Part shown: in pieces, positions 24,060-36,904 of the stretch | How positions within the stretch are numbered: the stretch's first letter is position 1 | Layout of the letters: each line of letters begins with the position of its first letter | DNA from: Mobula hypostoma | Lineage: Eukaryota | Assembly: GCF_963921235.1 (NCBI RefSeq) | Contig: NC_086097.1 | Coordinates: forward strand, 85,872,001-85,936,000 | Direction: 5' to 3' | Length of the DNA: 64,000 nt | Notes under the pieces: generated by a model | What the model was told of the DNA's origin: nothing | Database searches by the model: none | The model's input: only the letters and a program-made list of their open reading frames with translations | Translations under genes and position numbers: made by a program

Positions 24060-24665
24060 CTGTCGAGCGTAGTGCAGCGGTAGTGGTTGTGGGGTTGACG
24101 AGGGAGCAGGAATTGGCAGACTGCAGATACCAGCGCCTGCAGCAAAAATGCAGGGTCTCGATCCGAAACGCCGACCATCCTTTCGCTCCCACAGATGCTC
24201 CGCCACCCTCAGAAGGTGAGTATGACCGGAGAAGATTCGCTCACAAAAGAAAACAAGAGGGAGCTTTTAAAGTATAAAATACACTGTCATCTGGGTACGC
24301 CTGTGACCATACTAAACGGGCCGCAGGAACGCTCAATATAATGGTAAAATGGGCTGCCAATAGATGAAAAAGTTTCAGAACAGTTCAGCTAAGCGGGAAT
24401 CGCAGACCCCAGAGAAGGACCGCCGGAGTTTTCCGACTCTAAACCCGGGGAAGTATCTCCGGAGTTTTTCGATTCGCTCTGGAAAATACCCCCTGCCCCA
24501 CACCGACTGCTACTCACCTCTGTTATCCACTGCCGCCATGACGCCTACTTCGGCGCACAATTCACACGTCACCACTAATCGGCGCGTCCGAATGATGTCA
24601 TCATTTTGAGGCTGGGGGGCGTAGGGAGTTTCTATGGGCAGATGCGACCGAGAAGGAGGAGGTAG
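24060..24665 (-). promoter_or_regulatory. CpG-rich MED6 promoter/first-exon region
   Basis: Local CpG enrichment against an AT-rich background, surrounding the ATG; CRE-like CACGTCA (24565-24571) and TGATGTCA (24593-24600); GC-box-like GGGGGGCGTAGG near 24615; GCCGCCAT (YY1-like core) over the start codon. Confidence 0.7.
24518..24539 (-). CDS. MED6: MED6 coding exon 1 (MAAVDNR-G)
   Basis: Minus strand reads ATGGCGGCAGTGGATAACAGAG|GTGAGT; resembles the vertebrate MED6 N-terminus (MAAVDxRD); 22 nt, phase fits exon 2. Confidence 0.93.
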
Positions 24666-24863
24666 CAAACTGTGTATATTTAATATTTGAGTAATATTGT
24701 AAATATATTGTTTGATTAAACATTCTTTGTTGCTTACATAATTCATTACGGGTTGTATGTAAATGCACGTGACTGGCATACGTCTTCACATCATACGTAC
24801 GCGCCTCGCTGAAAGGTAGTTATGAAGTTGGACTCGTAGCGCAGACGGCCTTGTTTTACAATA
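24661..24863. mobile_element. Probable short LTR-like interspersed repeat adjoining the MED6 promoter
   Basis: Abrupt compositional switch from the GC-rich promoter to an AT-rich then CpG-bearing block; family assignment from recollection only. Confidence 0.35.
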
Positions 24864-24867
24864 CTGT

Positions 24868-24949
24868 ACACACTAAATGCTGGAGGAGCTCAGTATCTAT
24901 GGAAAAGATTGAGCAGTCGACGTTTCTTGCCGAGCCCTTCATCAGGACA
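24868..24949 (-). mobile_element. Penelope-derived repeat with hammerhead core
   Basis: Minus strand GTCCTGATGAAGGGCTCGGCAAGAAACGTCGACTG; stem II damaged. Confidence 0.7.
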
Positions 24950-25744
24950 TTCCATGTTTTTCTTCCAATCAGTTTTATGTAACAGTGGTGACAAGGACGG
25001 GAGATTGATCCTTTTGTCAGGAAAGACATTGTTCCACAAGAGTAAGAACGTTTCCATGCGATCTAATTCACTGGCTGCGTTATCACAGATGGTATAAGGA
25101 ACCGCATGGGCTTTGTAAAACTTGGGTGTGGTATTTTCATTTAATACTATTTTACCATTGATATGTTTCAGTTTTCCATTGCCATCTCACTGTTGTGGCC
25201 TCAAAGATTATTTTATTATCTGATGATATTATCAAAGTATATATGCAGTATACAGCCCGGTTCGTCTTTCCCACAGAGATCCGTGAAGCAAAGAAAAGCA
25301 TCAAACCTGTTCCAAGAAAATCAGCAAGCTCCTCCCCAGTGCGCAAAAAGAAAAACAAAATAAAACACAAAATCGAATAGAGTCCAGGCACATTCAGTTC
25401 TGTTCAGTGTTTGTTATCTCAGGCTGCCCCGATTCAAAATTGCCCAAAATAACAACAACAAAACGGAGCAACCAGAATCACATGATAACATGAAGCACAG
25501 AGTCCGGTCTGCAAGACAGCACTGACACACACAGCATTCCAACACAACCACCTTCCTTCAGCGGCGCAGAGTGAGGGGGAAAGAAAGGCTGCCACATGCA
25601 GACACCCTCTGGCAGCATGAGGGAGAGGCTGATAGCGCTGAACACCTTCTCCCCTTCTGCACTTGCCTCGATGATTTCAATCTTCCTTGGTGCTTTAATA
25701 GGTGAGGTGGGCGGGAAGTGGAGCTGATCATGGGTATGGTGTGT

Positions 25745-26070
25745 TCTGGATATCCCACCATAGAAAACATCCTCTCCACATCCACCCTATCTAGTCCTTT
25801 CAATATTCGGTAGTTTTCAATAAGAATCACCCCCCCCCCCCACACCGCATTCTTCTAAATTCCAGCCCAGAGCTGCCAAACGCACCTCATATGTTAACCC
25901 CTTTATTCCTAGAATCATCCTTGTGAATCTCCTCTGGACCTTCTCCTATGGCAATACATCCTTTCTGAGATACGGAGGCCAAAGCTGTTGACAGTACTCT
26001 TAAGTGCAGTCTTACAAAGGCTCAGCATTATCTCCTTGCTTTTATATTCTATTCCATGCCCCTTGAAATA
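25745..26070 (-). mobile_element. CR1 ORF2 3' fragment
   Basis: LIENYRILKGLDRVDVERMFSMVG on minus strand. Confidence 0.75.
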
Positions 26071-28419
26071 TTTTAGAGGTTAATCAATAAGAAATTGAAT
26101 AGAACCTGTTTTTATTTAGGGACAAGGTACTGTATTCAGGATAAGTTGTAGTTTATGCTGGGGGTAGTTGGTGAACTGGTCAGCAAGGATGCATTCAGGA
26201 AACAAAGTGATGAAGGCATTTCAGGATTTCATCACAACATGTAAAGAAGTAGGTATATGTGTGAAATCCTTTAGAGCCAAACTCACTGAGACTATGAAAT
26301 GCATTGCTAACTTGTAATGATATCGTTTGTCACCCAAGTGTGGTTATAAGATCTTCTGTTATGAAGTCACAGAACAACATTGGGTTTCCCTGTGTAACAC
26401 TTTACTCTGGTCATCTCTTTAGATGTACTGCAAGTTCGTGCAGTTGCCGGCATTTAGCACAGCACAAGTGATCTTTGAAACCACTTTTTAAAGGGACAGA
26501 ACACAAAGAAGCAACACTCTTCCAGCCATTGAAATGTCTTTTTATGAATGAACAGATGCTGCCTTTAGGGGGAGGGGATGGGAGAGTGCTCCCAGGGAGT
26601 CAAAATGACACAAAGCACTGCCTGTGGGACACATGATCTTCATGCACAGAGATCCTCCAGGGAAATAGCCAGACATTCCAGCTAAGGTGGCCGTACAAAT
26701 CAGGGTGCAGAGTGCGAATGCTTCCAGTTCTGAAAGCTTGAAATGCAGGCAAGTTCCTGTTCCTGCTGTGTTGTTTCTATAGGCTGAAGGAGGCAAAAAA
26801 TGAAGCCACCTCTGCTTGAGTATGGACCGGGTGATCTCTCTAATGGGCAGCAAATTGTGGCATGTGGCAGATATCAGTAAGAGCAGCATAAAATTGTCCT
26901 GAAGTTGTGAAGCTGTTTGGCCGTGACCTTGATCAGACCACACACTGGTCTGGAGATGGGATTGCAGAAGATTGCATAAATCACAACCTAAGGATATGCA
27001 CGGGACAGCCCGCAAGTGTCACCACACACTCTAACATCGTCATCATGTTATGTTGGTGCCAGAATGTGTGGCTGCCCCCGGCACATCCTTAGATCAGGTA
27101 GGGACTCGCACCATTCAAGCCATGCTCTTTTCTCACTACTGCCAAAATGAAAGAAGTACAGAAGCCTCAGGTCCTACACCACTACATTCAGGATCAGTTA
27201 TTACCCTTCAACCGTCAGGCTTCTGAACCAGCGTGGATATCTTCTCTCACATCAACTCTGAACTGATTCCACATCCTATATTAACACGCAGAACATGAAT
27301 CAGAGTCTCTGAAGGTGAGTCCACAGCCACAGAGCCAGTCCAGCGCTGAGGCAAGTACCAATGGTGCAGGGCACAGCTGCCGAGTCAGTTTCAACATTGA
27401 AGCAAGTAAACCTCGTGAAGTAGTGAGCCAAACACCGGTGCATCCTGCAGCCACAGCCTTGACACTTCGATCTGTTTAGTCTGGCTCAATGCTTAAATTG
27501 GCCAAACACTGGTTAATTTTTCACTCTCGAGCTCAAGTCTGCTCCAGCAATGGCCAAGCATTGATTCATTTTTCACTCTCAGGCCCAAGTATCTGTACTT
27601 TGATTAAAAAAAAATCTTTAAACACTTTGTGTTGTTCAGGTTGTTAATACAAATAATGCATTCACTCTATGTTTCAATGTACTTATGATAAATGAATCTG
27701 AATCTGAAATCTAAGTGAGGATAGAGAAAGCAGTTCACAGGTTGGCTTTTTTAAAACAGTAATACAGTTTTAGCAGAAATAGGGTCAGTAAAAGACCAGT
27801 GAGATTGAAAATCTCATTGCAGGAATATTTTGCACGTGGTGCACTGGGTGGACTTCACAATGGAATAAATGTGCCAGTGAAAATGGAAATCCCACCAAAA
27901 TATAAGACAATGAATGCCCCAGTGGATGCCAACATATCCAGAATTATATGCAAATTTTTCTGGCTGAAGCCCATCTTCAACTGCATATCACCATTTCTTA
28001 TGAAGCTGCATGATGGGATTTCTAGATCAGTTCTTTTATTTGTCATAGAGAACTAAATCATTCATGACACCTCTTCTTTTAAACATTTATGAATGCATTG
28101 GAATTGTTTTAAAAACATCAATAACTAAGATTATTTTCCATTCCAGTTTCTGGGCAAAATAGAAATCGACAAGGTATAATTTTTTTTTAAGTGAAAAAGT
28201 ACTTTTCACGTTGTAAATTGATTTGATATTGCCAGATGTACCAAGATACAGTTAAAAAAGATTTGTTCTGGATGCCATCAATAAAATCGTTTTATTGCAT
28301 CAGTACTTTGAGGGAAAAGCAATAATAGAATGCAGAATAAAGTGTTACAGTTACAGAAAAAGTACACTGACCAATCGCTACGTTATTCATGTGTGCAAGC
28401 GTGGCAACAGCCACGACTC

Positions 28420-28912
28420 GCACAATGGAGGGGGGTAGTGTTGTGTACCTTTTCATTCACAACATTAGTGGGGGGGTATTTTGTTTTTTCTTTTTTTGTA
28501 TCTTATCTATTTTTTTTGCCTGGATGATTGGGAGGGAAACACATAGCAACATGGTGAAGTTCAAGAGATTCCCCAGGGAACTATGAGAGTTGAGAAGCTA
28601 AGTAATGTTTTAGATTTCAAGAGATAAATATGAAACATTTTTGAATATTTGGAGCCCTTATTTACAGCTCCGATGATAAAAATCTTGGTTCCTTGGGGAA
28701 AGTAACAAATATATATAAAATTTATTTTTATCCCATGGAGCATGTGCAAACCTTCCAATATTCAGGCAGTTCCTTTTTTTTTTCTTCTTTTTTTCTTTTC
28801 TCTTAGGTAGGAGTATATATCGGGGGGGGGGAGGGTTAAGGGGAGGGGGAGGGTAGATATTATTTTCTCATGTATTCACTTTGAAAACTCAATAAAAATT
28901 ATATAAAAAAAA
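28420..28912 (+). mobile_element. Poly(A)-tailed L1/Tx1-like 3' fragment inserted in a Rex1/Babar remnant
   Basis: RDKYETFLNIWSPYL resembles L1-clade ORF2 C-termini; G-rich 3' UTR; AATAAA followed by an A-rich tail at about 28891-28912. Confidence 0.45.
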
Positions 28913-29315
28913 GAGTCCATCTTATCGTACGAGAGATCCACTTACTTGTCTTATAAGAGTGGAACAGAAGCTGTCCTTGAGCCTGTTGGTATGTGCTTTC
29001 AAGCTTTTGTATCTTCTACCTGATGAGGGTGGGGGGAGAAGGGAGAATGAATGGGTGGGATCTTTGATTATGTTAGCTGTTTTACCGAGGCAGCAAGAAG
29101 TGTAGACAGATTCCATGGAGGGGAGGCTAGTCTTCATGATGTGTCTACAAGTCTCTGCATTTCCTTGTGCTCTCGGGCAGAGTCGTCTTTGCTGTGTGAT
29201 GTGTAGAAATAAAAGTCCAGATAATGGATCTATTTGTGCACAGATCTTGCAGGAGTATGGTTTAACTGGAGGAGGTTGCACCATACTTCATTAGGAGTTT
29301 GAAGAGATTTGGTAT

Positions 29316-29849
29316 GTCAACAAATACACTCATAAACCTCCATAGATGTACGGTGGAAAGCATTCTGATAGGCTGCATCGCTGTCTGGTATGGTTGGTGA
29401 GGGGCGGGGGGGGGCGACTGGACAGGATTGAAAGAAGCTGCAGAGGGTTGTAAGTTTAGTCGGCTCCATCTTCAAGGAGCATTGTTTCAGAAAGGCAGCA
29501 TCCATTATTAAGGACCTCCAGCACCCAGGACATGCCCTTTTTCTCACTGTTACCATCAGGTAGGAGGTACAGAAGCCTGAAGGCACACACTCAGCGATTC
29601 AGGAACAGCTTCTTCCCCTCTGCCATCTGATTCCTAAATGGACATTGAACCCACGAATACTACCTCACTTTTTTAATATATATTTCTGGTGTTTGCATGA
29701 TTTTTAATCTATTCATTGTATGTATACTGTAATTTATTATTATCATTTTTTTCTACTTCTATATTACGTATTGCATTGGACTATTGCTGCTAAGTTAACA
29801 AATTTCACAACACATGCCGATGATAATAAACCTGATTCTGATTCTGATT
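29316..29849 (+). mobile_element. Rex1/Babar LINE 3' fragment
   Basis: RCTVESILIGCIAVWYG and IIKDLQHPGHALFSLLPSGRRYRSLK remnants; tail AATAAACCTGATTCTGATTCTGATT. Confidence 0.8.
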
Positions 29850-31337
29850 GTGATCACTTCCATTTAAAATTACCCATTAGCCCAGGGACCTCTGTGCGAT
29901 TCACCTTAACACATAATGTTTTCCAAGCATCAATTATGCACCTAATAACATCGCAGGTGGTCTCCAATGCAGGCAAACACTGGTACATTTTGGGACAACC
30001 TATACTCTTGTGAGGAATGAATTGACTGATATGTTGGGAGATTAGAGCAAGAATAACTAATCGAAAACTAATTTCAGTTCTAATTATATTGTCAAATCCA
30101 GTATTTATGATCCAAACAAGAACACTTTGTCTTTTAAATGTGATTCAAAATAAAATTCTGTGCATTTATAATCCCTGATTATGTAACCTTAAATTTGCAT
30201 CCTTGAATGGACAATAATTGGGGCAAAGTTTCTGAGTCAACACAGTTTATGAAGTTCTGTAACCAGGAAAGGCTTATTTGAAATTCAGGGATGTATTCTT
30301 CACAGTTGTTCTGATTATTCTATTTAATATTTAGAAAATAATAGGCACTGAATGTCTGGTGTGTTCTCCCAGGAGACGGGAGATCTATATTCAGAACGTT
30401 ACCACCAATGCATTAAATTAGTTATTTTGAAACTTACATTAAAAGGAAGAACTCACATTTAAGCACTTCCTTTATTTCAGACAAGAATCAAGATGGAAAG
30501 CAGTGTGATGTTTTGCAAAAGCCACCTTATTGTGAACAATCCAAGGTTTAATAAAGACAAATGTAAGAGTTGAACCATCCATTCCTTTGAATCACATATG
30601 GCAAGTAATGTGAAATCTCACAAGACTAATTGAATGCTAGGTTGGAGACAGAGGGAATAACTCCGGGGCTGAGACAGAGTACTTACCTTAGGTAGCTATC
30701 ACTGGACTTCGTTTCTCCCATGCTGGAAATGGAGTTACGTAGCCCAAACATCCAGAAGACACAGAGCAGCATTTAATCTGATATTTCAAGCTCAGGTCGA
30801 GTGACTGCATTCTCATGGCATCGTTCCTATCTCACTCCTTACTGTTTCTGTCCATGTCCACTTTGCAAGCAGTCCTGGGTCACTCGAATGTGTAGAGGCA
30901 ATTATCATTTTCAAACACAGTTTGACCCACTAAATAAATCAAGTTTGTTGCAGGAAAGGAAATGGCAGATTGGTTATGTGGTAGGAGCCCTATCAAAGTC
31001 CACCAAAAGGACTTGTCATCAACATATGTCTTGAAAAAATATGGTGAAACCCCACAGTTGGTCAAAGTACACCAGAAGATCATTAATTTTTTTTTAGTTT
31101 TAATGTATGTGATTAATAGTATGAATTCCTCCTTAATAATACGCAAACTGAAGTCTTTTCAGAAAGAGGAGCCAACTTTCACTTAAAATTCACTTAAATA
31201 ATGCACTGAACTCCTAAGCAAGTTTCTTGTAGACTACAGTGTTTTGGTGCTTCTTCAGAAATTTCACTGAAAATTTTCAAGCCTAATGAAAAATCAAAGC
31301 AACTCATATGACAGCGTTGACCGTTTCACCAGTACTT

Positions 31338-32035
31338 AGTTCAAAGTAAATTTATTATCAAAGTACATATATGTCATCATATACAACTTGGAGGTTCATT
31401 TTCTTGTGGGCCTACTCAATAAATACATAATAGAATCAATGAGAGACTGCAGCAACTTGGGCATTTAAAAGACAGCAAACTGCAAGTATAAAGTGAGAAA
31501 CAATAATAATGAATAAATATTGAGAACATGAGATGAAGAGTCCTTGAAAATAACTCCACACGTTGCGGGGGCAATTCAATGATGGGCAAATGAAGTTGAG
31601 TGAAGTTATCCCCTTTGGTTAAAAAGTCTGATGGCTGAGGGGTAATAACTGTTCCTGAACCTCATGGTGTGGGTTCTGAGGCTCCTGTACCTTGTTCCTG
31701 ATGGCAGCAGCAAGAAGGGAGCATGACCTGGGTGGTGGAGGTCTTTGATGATGGATGCCGATTTCCTGCAACAGTGCTCCATTTGGGTGTGCTTAATGGT
31801 GAGGAGGGCTTTACCCTTGACAGACTGAGCCGTATCCACTACTTTTTGTAGGACTTTCTGTACAAGGGCATTGGTGTTTCCATAGCAGGCTGTGATGCAG
31901 CCAGTCGATATGCTCTCCACCATGCATCTATCAGAGTTTGTGAAAGTTTTAGATCTCATGCCAAATCTATGCAAACTCCTAAAGAAGCGGAGGCGCTTCC
32001 ATGCTTTTTTTGTAATTGCCTAGGACAGGTCCAGG
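31338..32035 (-). mobile_element. Rex1/Babar LINE 3' fragment
   Basis: ORF 31606-31974: RCMVESISTGCITACYG...IIKDLHHPGHAPFLLLPSGTRYRSLRTHTMRFRNSYYPSAIRL. Confidence 0.85.
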
Positions 32036-32599
32036 GAAATGATAGTGAGTGAGACAGTATTACATTGTATCATATTAACACATGTAGTAGCCATTCTAAC
32101 TACCAATGCCGCTGTGACTGTTTACCATAATACACATAACAAATGTGCAACACAGAATACAATGCAGATAGAAAACAGATGTGTGCTCCTACAGCACATT
32201 TTGACAGGAATAATTGGCAACCTAATTATAGAGAAAACAGTGGTAAACTTTAATGAAGTATTTCATAATTTACATATTACTATTTAACTATTTATGGTTT
32301 TGTTACTATTTAATTATTTATGGTGCAACTGTAACGAAAACCAATTTCCCCCAGAATCAATAAAGTATGACTATGAATTCTCAACAATTGTGTACTCCAT
32401 CAAGAAATAAAATTCCATGGGAAAATTGCCTATACATGACTAACCACAAGATTTAAAAAACGTTAGATTCAAAAGTTGAGTTAGAATATTTATATAAAGA
32501 GGAGTAAGCTGGAGTACTGGTAGAATTTTATGGAGCAGCAATGGCTGAGTAAAAGAGGAGATGATAAAATATGAGATTTAGTGATGAAGTAATATGGAA

Positions 32600-33540
32600 A
32601 CAAATCTGAAATGCTTGGCAGATATGTTAAATGACTGATGAGTACTCATAAAGTGTCCAACCAGCAAAAAGACTGAATATTTTATGGAGGAAAATAAAGT
32701 CACAACTGAGGGTCATAATAAAGCTGGCCAAAAAAAAATCTAATGACAGCAAAGAACTTAACGTGATCCTTGTCATGCAAGACTAAGTATAAGAGAAATA
32801 AAGAAGACAAAAAGAGGCCAATAAATATCTTGGAACTAATAGTTCACATTCCCGGGATTCTAAAATAGGTGGCTGCCAAAATAATGGATGTATAAGTGAT
32901 TTATTTTTATTAAAAGATACATTGCAGTCTTGATTGATTAAAAGGTAGTAAATATAGCATTGTTATTCAGGGAATGAAAGAAAATAGAAAATAAGAAACT
33001 ACAGACCAACTAGCCTGCCTCTCGTCACAAAACACTGGGATCTAGAATTAAGGACATTCTGACAAAATACTTAGAAAATCGTATTTGAATAAGCAGGGTC
33101 ACCATGGATTTATAAAAGGAGAATATTGTTTTACAAATAAAGCATTTTGATAGCATTACTAGTGAGGATGAAAAGGAAGAAACTAAATAAAGCAATATAA
33201 CACCATTTTCAAATATTTGATATAGCATGAAAGTCAAAATTTACCACATAACATTGAGGATTAATTGGTTGGGGTAATATGTCAGCATGAATAGAGAAAT
33301 GCTTAAAGGACTGAAAACAGAGAATATGGATAAAGAGGTCCATTTCAGTTTGGGATGCTACTTCCAATCAAATACAGCAGCAATCTGTAGTGGGCCCTCA
33401 GTAACTTAAATTTATATTAAAGACTTAAATGGAAGTTTAGTGGTGAAACAAATTTAGGTGAGAAAAAGGCAGGCGTAGAGCCTGTCACGAGTTATTGATA
33501 AACTGAGAGAGTGGGCAAGAAGATGGAAGGTGGCAACTAA
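32600..33540 (+). mobile_element. Very old CR1 RT fragment
   Basis: Degenerate NYRPTSL, HGFIKG..CFTN and SVVGPQ motifs. Confidence 0.5.
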
Positions 33541-35869
33541 GAAGGTAAATGTTTTTAAAAATGCGAATCTAGTAAATGGTGTACAGAGGTGCATGAAATG
33601 CATGTAGCTATAGCAATTTATGTTTATGTTAATGTTTAGTAACTTAAATTTATGCTGAGTTATGTTTGTCATCGTTTTGCAATGTACTGTACTGTTGCTG
33701 CTGAAGGCTAATGTTCTTGGCATTTATAATCTGCGTATGTTTGCCTGTGACAGTGAACTTGGACAAACTTGAACTTGACCTTCAAATGTTGTTTCTGATT
33801 CACAGGACATTATATTGTAAGCAAAGTATGTAGAACGTAAAGAAAAGCTTCACCATCTTTTAGAGTTACATCATGAAGTGCTTAATTCCAGAGTCAATGC
33901 ATTTTAACAGCAACCTGCTCTCATTATGTGGCATTTCATTTTGTTTGTACAGGAACGCTTTCAATCAACATTTCCTGGAATTCAATGGCAGCAAATGAAA
34001 GGTTTTGCAGTGAAGAAGGAACCAGTAGGTGGTGCAATGAGGATGTGATGTCCAAAGCAGTACCTTCCTTCCTGTGGATAGGAGCAGGGGTTTCATCTGG
34101 AAGCTTTTTAATCAGCTTATAGACTTCCTATCTTATGTGATGGAGGATATATTGTGTCCAGCAAGCCAGACATGTATCCAGCTTGTCTTCTCAGTCTCGG
34201 GTAATGCAATATTTGCTCCATATGACACCAGGGTGTCAGCTGCAGCAAAACTGACAGACTTAGTATATTGAAGGCATTTTGCTATGAGTTGTTTCCAGTA
34301 AGTGGAGTCAGGATCTGGAAGCTCAGAGAGCTGATTCCTTTCTAACACTCAATACTAATTAAAGTTCACTTTTCAAAGATGTGCTATTTATAAGAATGGT
34401 TGTATTTTGTAAGTTTTTATAACTCATATCTTGAGTTTTTGACTGATGTTGCTGTTCATTTTGTTCCTTTATTATACTGATATGGAATGATAATAACTAT
34501 GAGGCAGCCAAAGGTACAGCATGATTGATCACTAGTAGAAATCACTTGCTAAGTCATGGGGTCTTCCATAGATCTGAAAGCAACACTGGCTCTACACAAA
34601 TGTTCACAGAAATGCATATATAAATTATTTCATGGTTTTTATAGAAGATGTTTCACTTACACCAAATCCTCATCCATTTTGGTAGCTGAAAAATCTAGGT
34701 GAAAGGGAGAATGAAAGCATACAGGTCCCAAATTTCAATTTTATTTATCCTGGAGACTCTTTGAACCTCCTGGAATTCCTGGGAATGGCACGATGAAAGC
34801 ACCTTGTACGTTTGGCAATCCTTTTTCTTCTGTCCTCCAGAGGCGCAGTTTATTTTGTATGAACATCACTTCCTGTACGTAAGCTCTTTTTTTTAAATAT
34901 CATTTCCTGTGCGTTTGGATCTTGAGTTTGGATCTGATCTGAAGCACATAGTGGAAAGACACCTATCTCCATTCTCTCTTTATTTGTCCTTGAAACAGCA
35001 ATATCTGAGAGTCTTAAGTTTTTGTTAATATTGGTAAACAGCAGGTATACTTTGAAGGAAGTATTATGTTTATCATTATTAAGTTATTGTTGCAATGTGT
35101 GTTTATTCTTATTTGCACGGCATAGTTACGGATGTTGTGTGTATTACCTTGGTTAATTCCGATTGTGAGAATAATTAACAGTATTCGTATATTCAGACGC
35201 TCAACAATCCTGTGTTGAATTTATTACATATTTTACCTAATTTTCTGCAATTCCTCAAGTAAGATCTCATTAAAAACCCTGAAGGAAGTTTCTATCTCAG
35301 GTGATTTTTGAGAAGTTATTCAACTCACTGCATAGGCTTTGTATATATGTACTGCGAGGGCAGTAGACTCACACAACCAGTTCCATCTACATTTGCATTC
35401 TTTCTCTGATTCACACATTGCTTATTTAATCTGAGAATGCTTATTTCTCCTTTGTCCTATGATCTAAGCAGACCAAGTCTGATATTCTCTGATGTTCTTG
35501 TAATACTCTTCTGTTTAACTCAAGAAATAAGATACTCTCTTCCCAGTGTCTCTGGAATTTCTTGTCTTCCTTGGTCATAATGCCAATAAGAGCAACTTGT
35601 ATTTGTGCAGCCCCCTAATAAAATGCCACAAAACATTTCACAAGAGCATACTCAAATATTATTCTAAGGCAAAAAAAGACAATATTAGAAGAGGTGACAT
35701 CAAGGGCTGGGCTTTAAGGAGAGTCTTAAAATTGGAGAAGCAGTTTGTATAATTTTTGTAATTTTTGTTACCTGAGGCTACCATTGCCTTATTTACTCTG
35801 TCCTTTTAACTTTCCATACTTGGTTGAAAATTTCAAACCATATATGCTCTGTGTAGCTGATGATATCCC

Positions 35870-36135
35870 TAGTCCATTCCAGACCTGAATGCAAATATTT
35901 GCTGGCTCTCCAGCATTGAGAGAGTGCTGCACTGTTGGCAGTGCTAACTTCTTGAAATAATGCTGAACCAACATTTATCCTACAAGGTGATGCAAGAGCT
36001 CCCATGACACTCTTTCAGCAGAACACGCAAAACCAATATTTATCCTTCTTAAACAGATTATTTGGTTATTATAATACTGCTGACTAGAGGCTCAGTTCAA
36101 GTAAATTGGCTGCTCTATTTCCCATACTACAACTC
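35870..36135 (+). mobile_element. Deu-domain SINE (SacSINE1/AmnSINE1 superfamily), decayed
   Basis: GAGAGTGCTGCACTGTTGGCAGTGC, CCCATGACACT, CCAATATTTATCC, AAACAGATTATTTGGTTATTAT and AAATTGGCTGCT occur in the order I recall for the Deu-domain consensus. Confidence 0.7.
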
Positions 36136-36904
36136 ACCCTGCCATTCATAACCATGTTTACTACCCCATTTTCCCAGATCTCCACACACTCATAACCAGA
36201 GTGGCTTGTTGGCTGTCTTTTAGCCTTCTCTATTTTACCATCTTTCAATATTAAAAGGGAGCTGATTTTGAAACTGCTCATAATGCCCCCTCAATGGCAT
36301 TGGGACACAGCATGTTGATGTTGAAGAGGTAATGACTTATTTCACAAAGGCATTACACTTAAACTATATAAGAGCTGGTAGACGGACAGACTGAATGGTC
36401 CAGACTTCCTGGCACAATGGTACCTTTCTGCAAGACGACCATATCTCATGAATCTTTTGTCCAATAGGATCACAGTATGAACACCTCTTTGGATCCAAAG
36501 AGAACCTCATATCAGTTCCTAACAATGTAGTGGGGTCTCCCTTTTTGCAAGCAAACGTAAGATGCAATCAATTTATCAATTTGCACATTGATTAAGAATG
36601 ATGATAAATGTAGTCAAGTAGATGGTTTCAGGGCCTTCTGAGAGGCTGTGACTAGGGTGCCTACCATGGGGATCATTGATGGGGCCTCACCTGGTTAGAA
36701 CCTGTATCAAATTTGGGATCGGAAGGAATAGCAGGAAACCAAGTTCAAGAAGTCCATGATGACAATACTTAGACAAGTGGCAATGTGAGTTGAGAGGAGG
36801 TTGCAGAAAGGCTTCAGATTGGCTGTGAATGGATAAGGACATAGTTGATGGAATGTAATATGGAGTAAAATGTGAGTTAAACTGGTTTGGTCAAAAAAAC
36901 AGGG

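Noticed and set aside
24421..24493. NF-kB-like motifs and short direct repeat CCGGAGTTTT in MED6 intron 1
   Set aside because: They do not match GGGRNNYYCC exactly and are too short to distinguish from chance.
27799..28056. Overlapping short ORFs in unique-looking sequence
   Set aside because: No recognisable protein in the frames I translated and no convincing paired splice sites.
33935..34350. Good + strand acceptor (TTTGTTTGTACAG) followed by a short reading frame
   Set aside because: All three frames stop within about 170 nt with no known homology; the minus strand faintly resembles a decayed L2 3' region.
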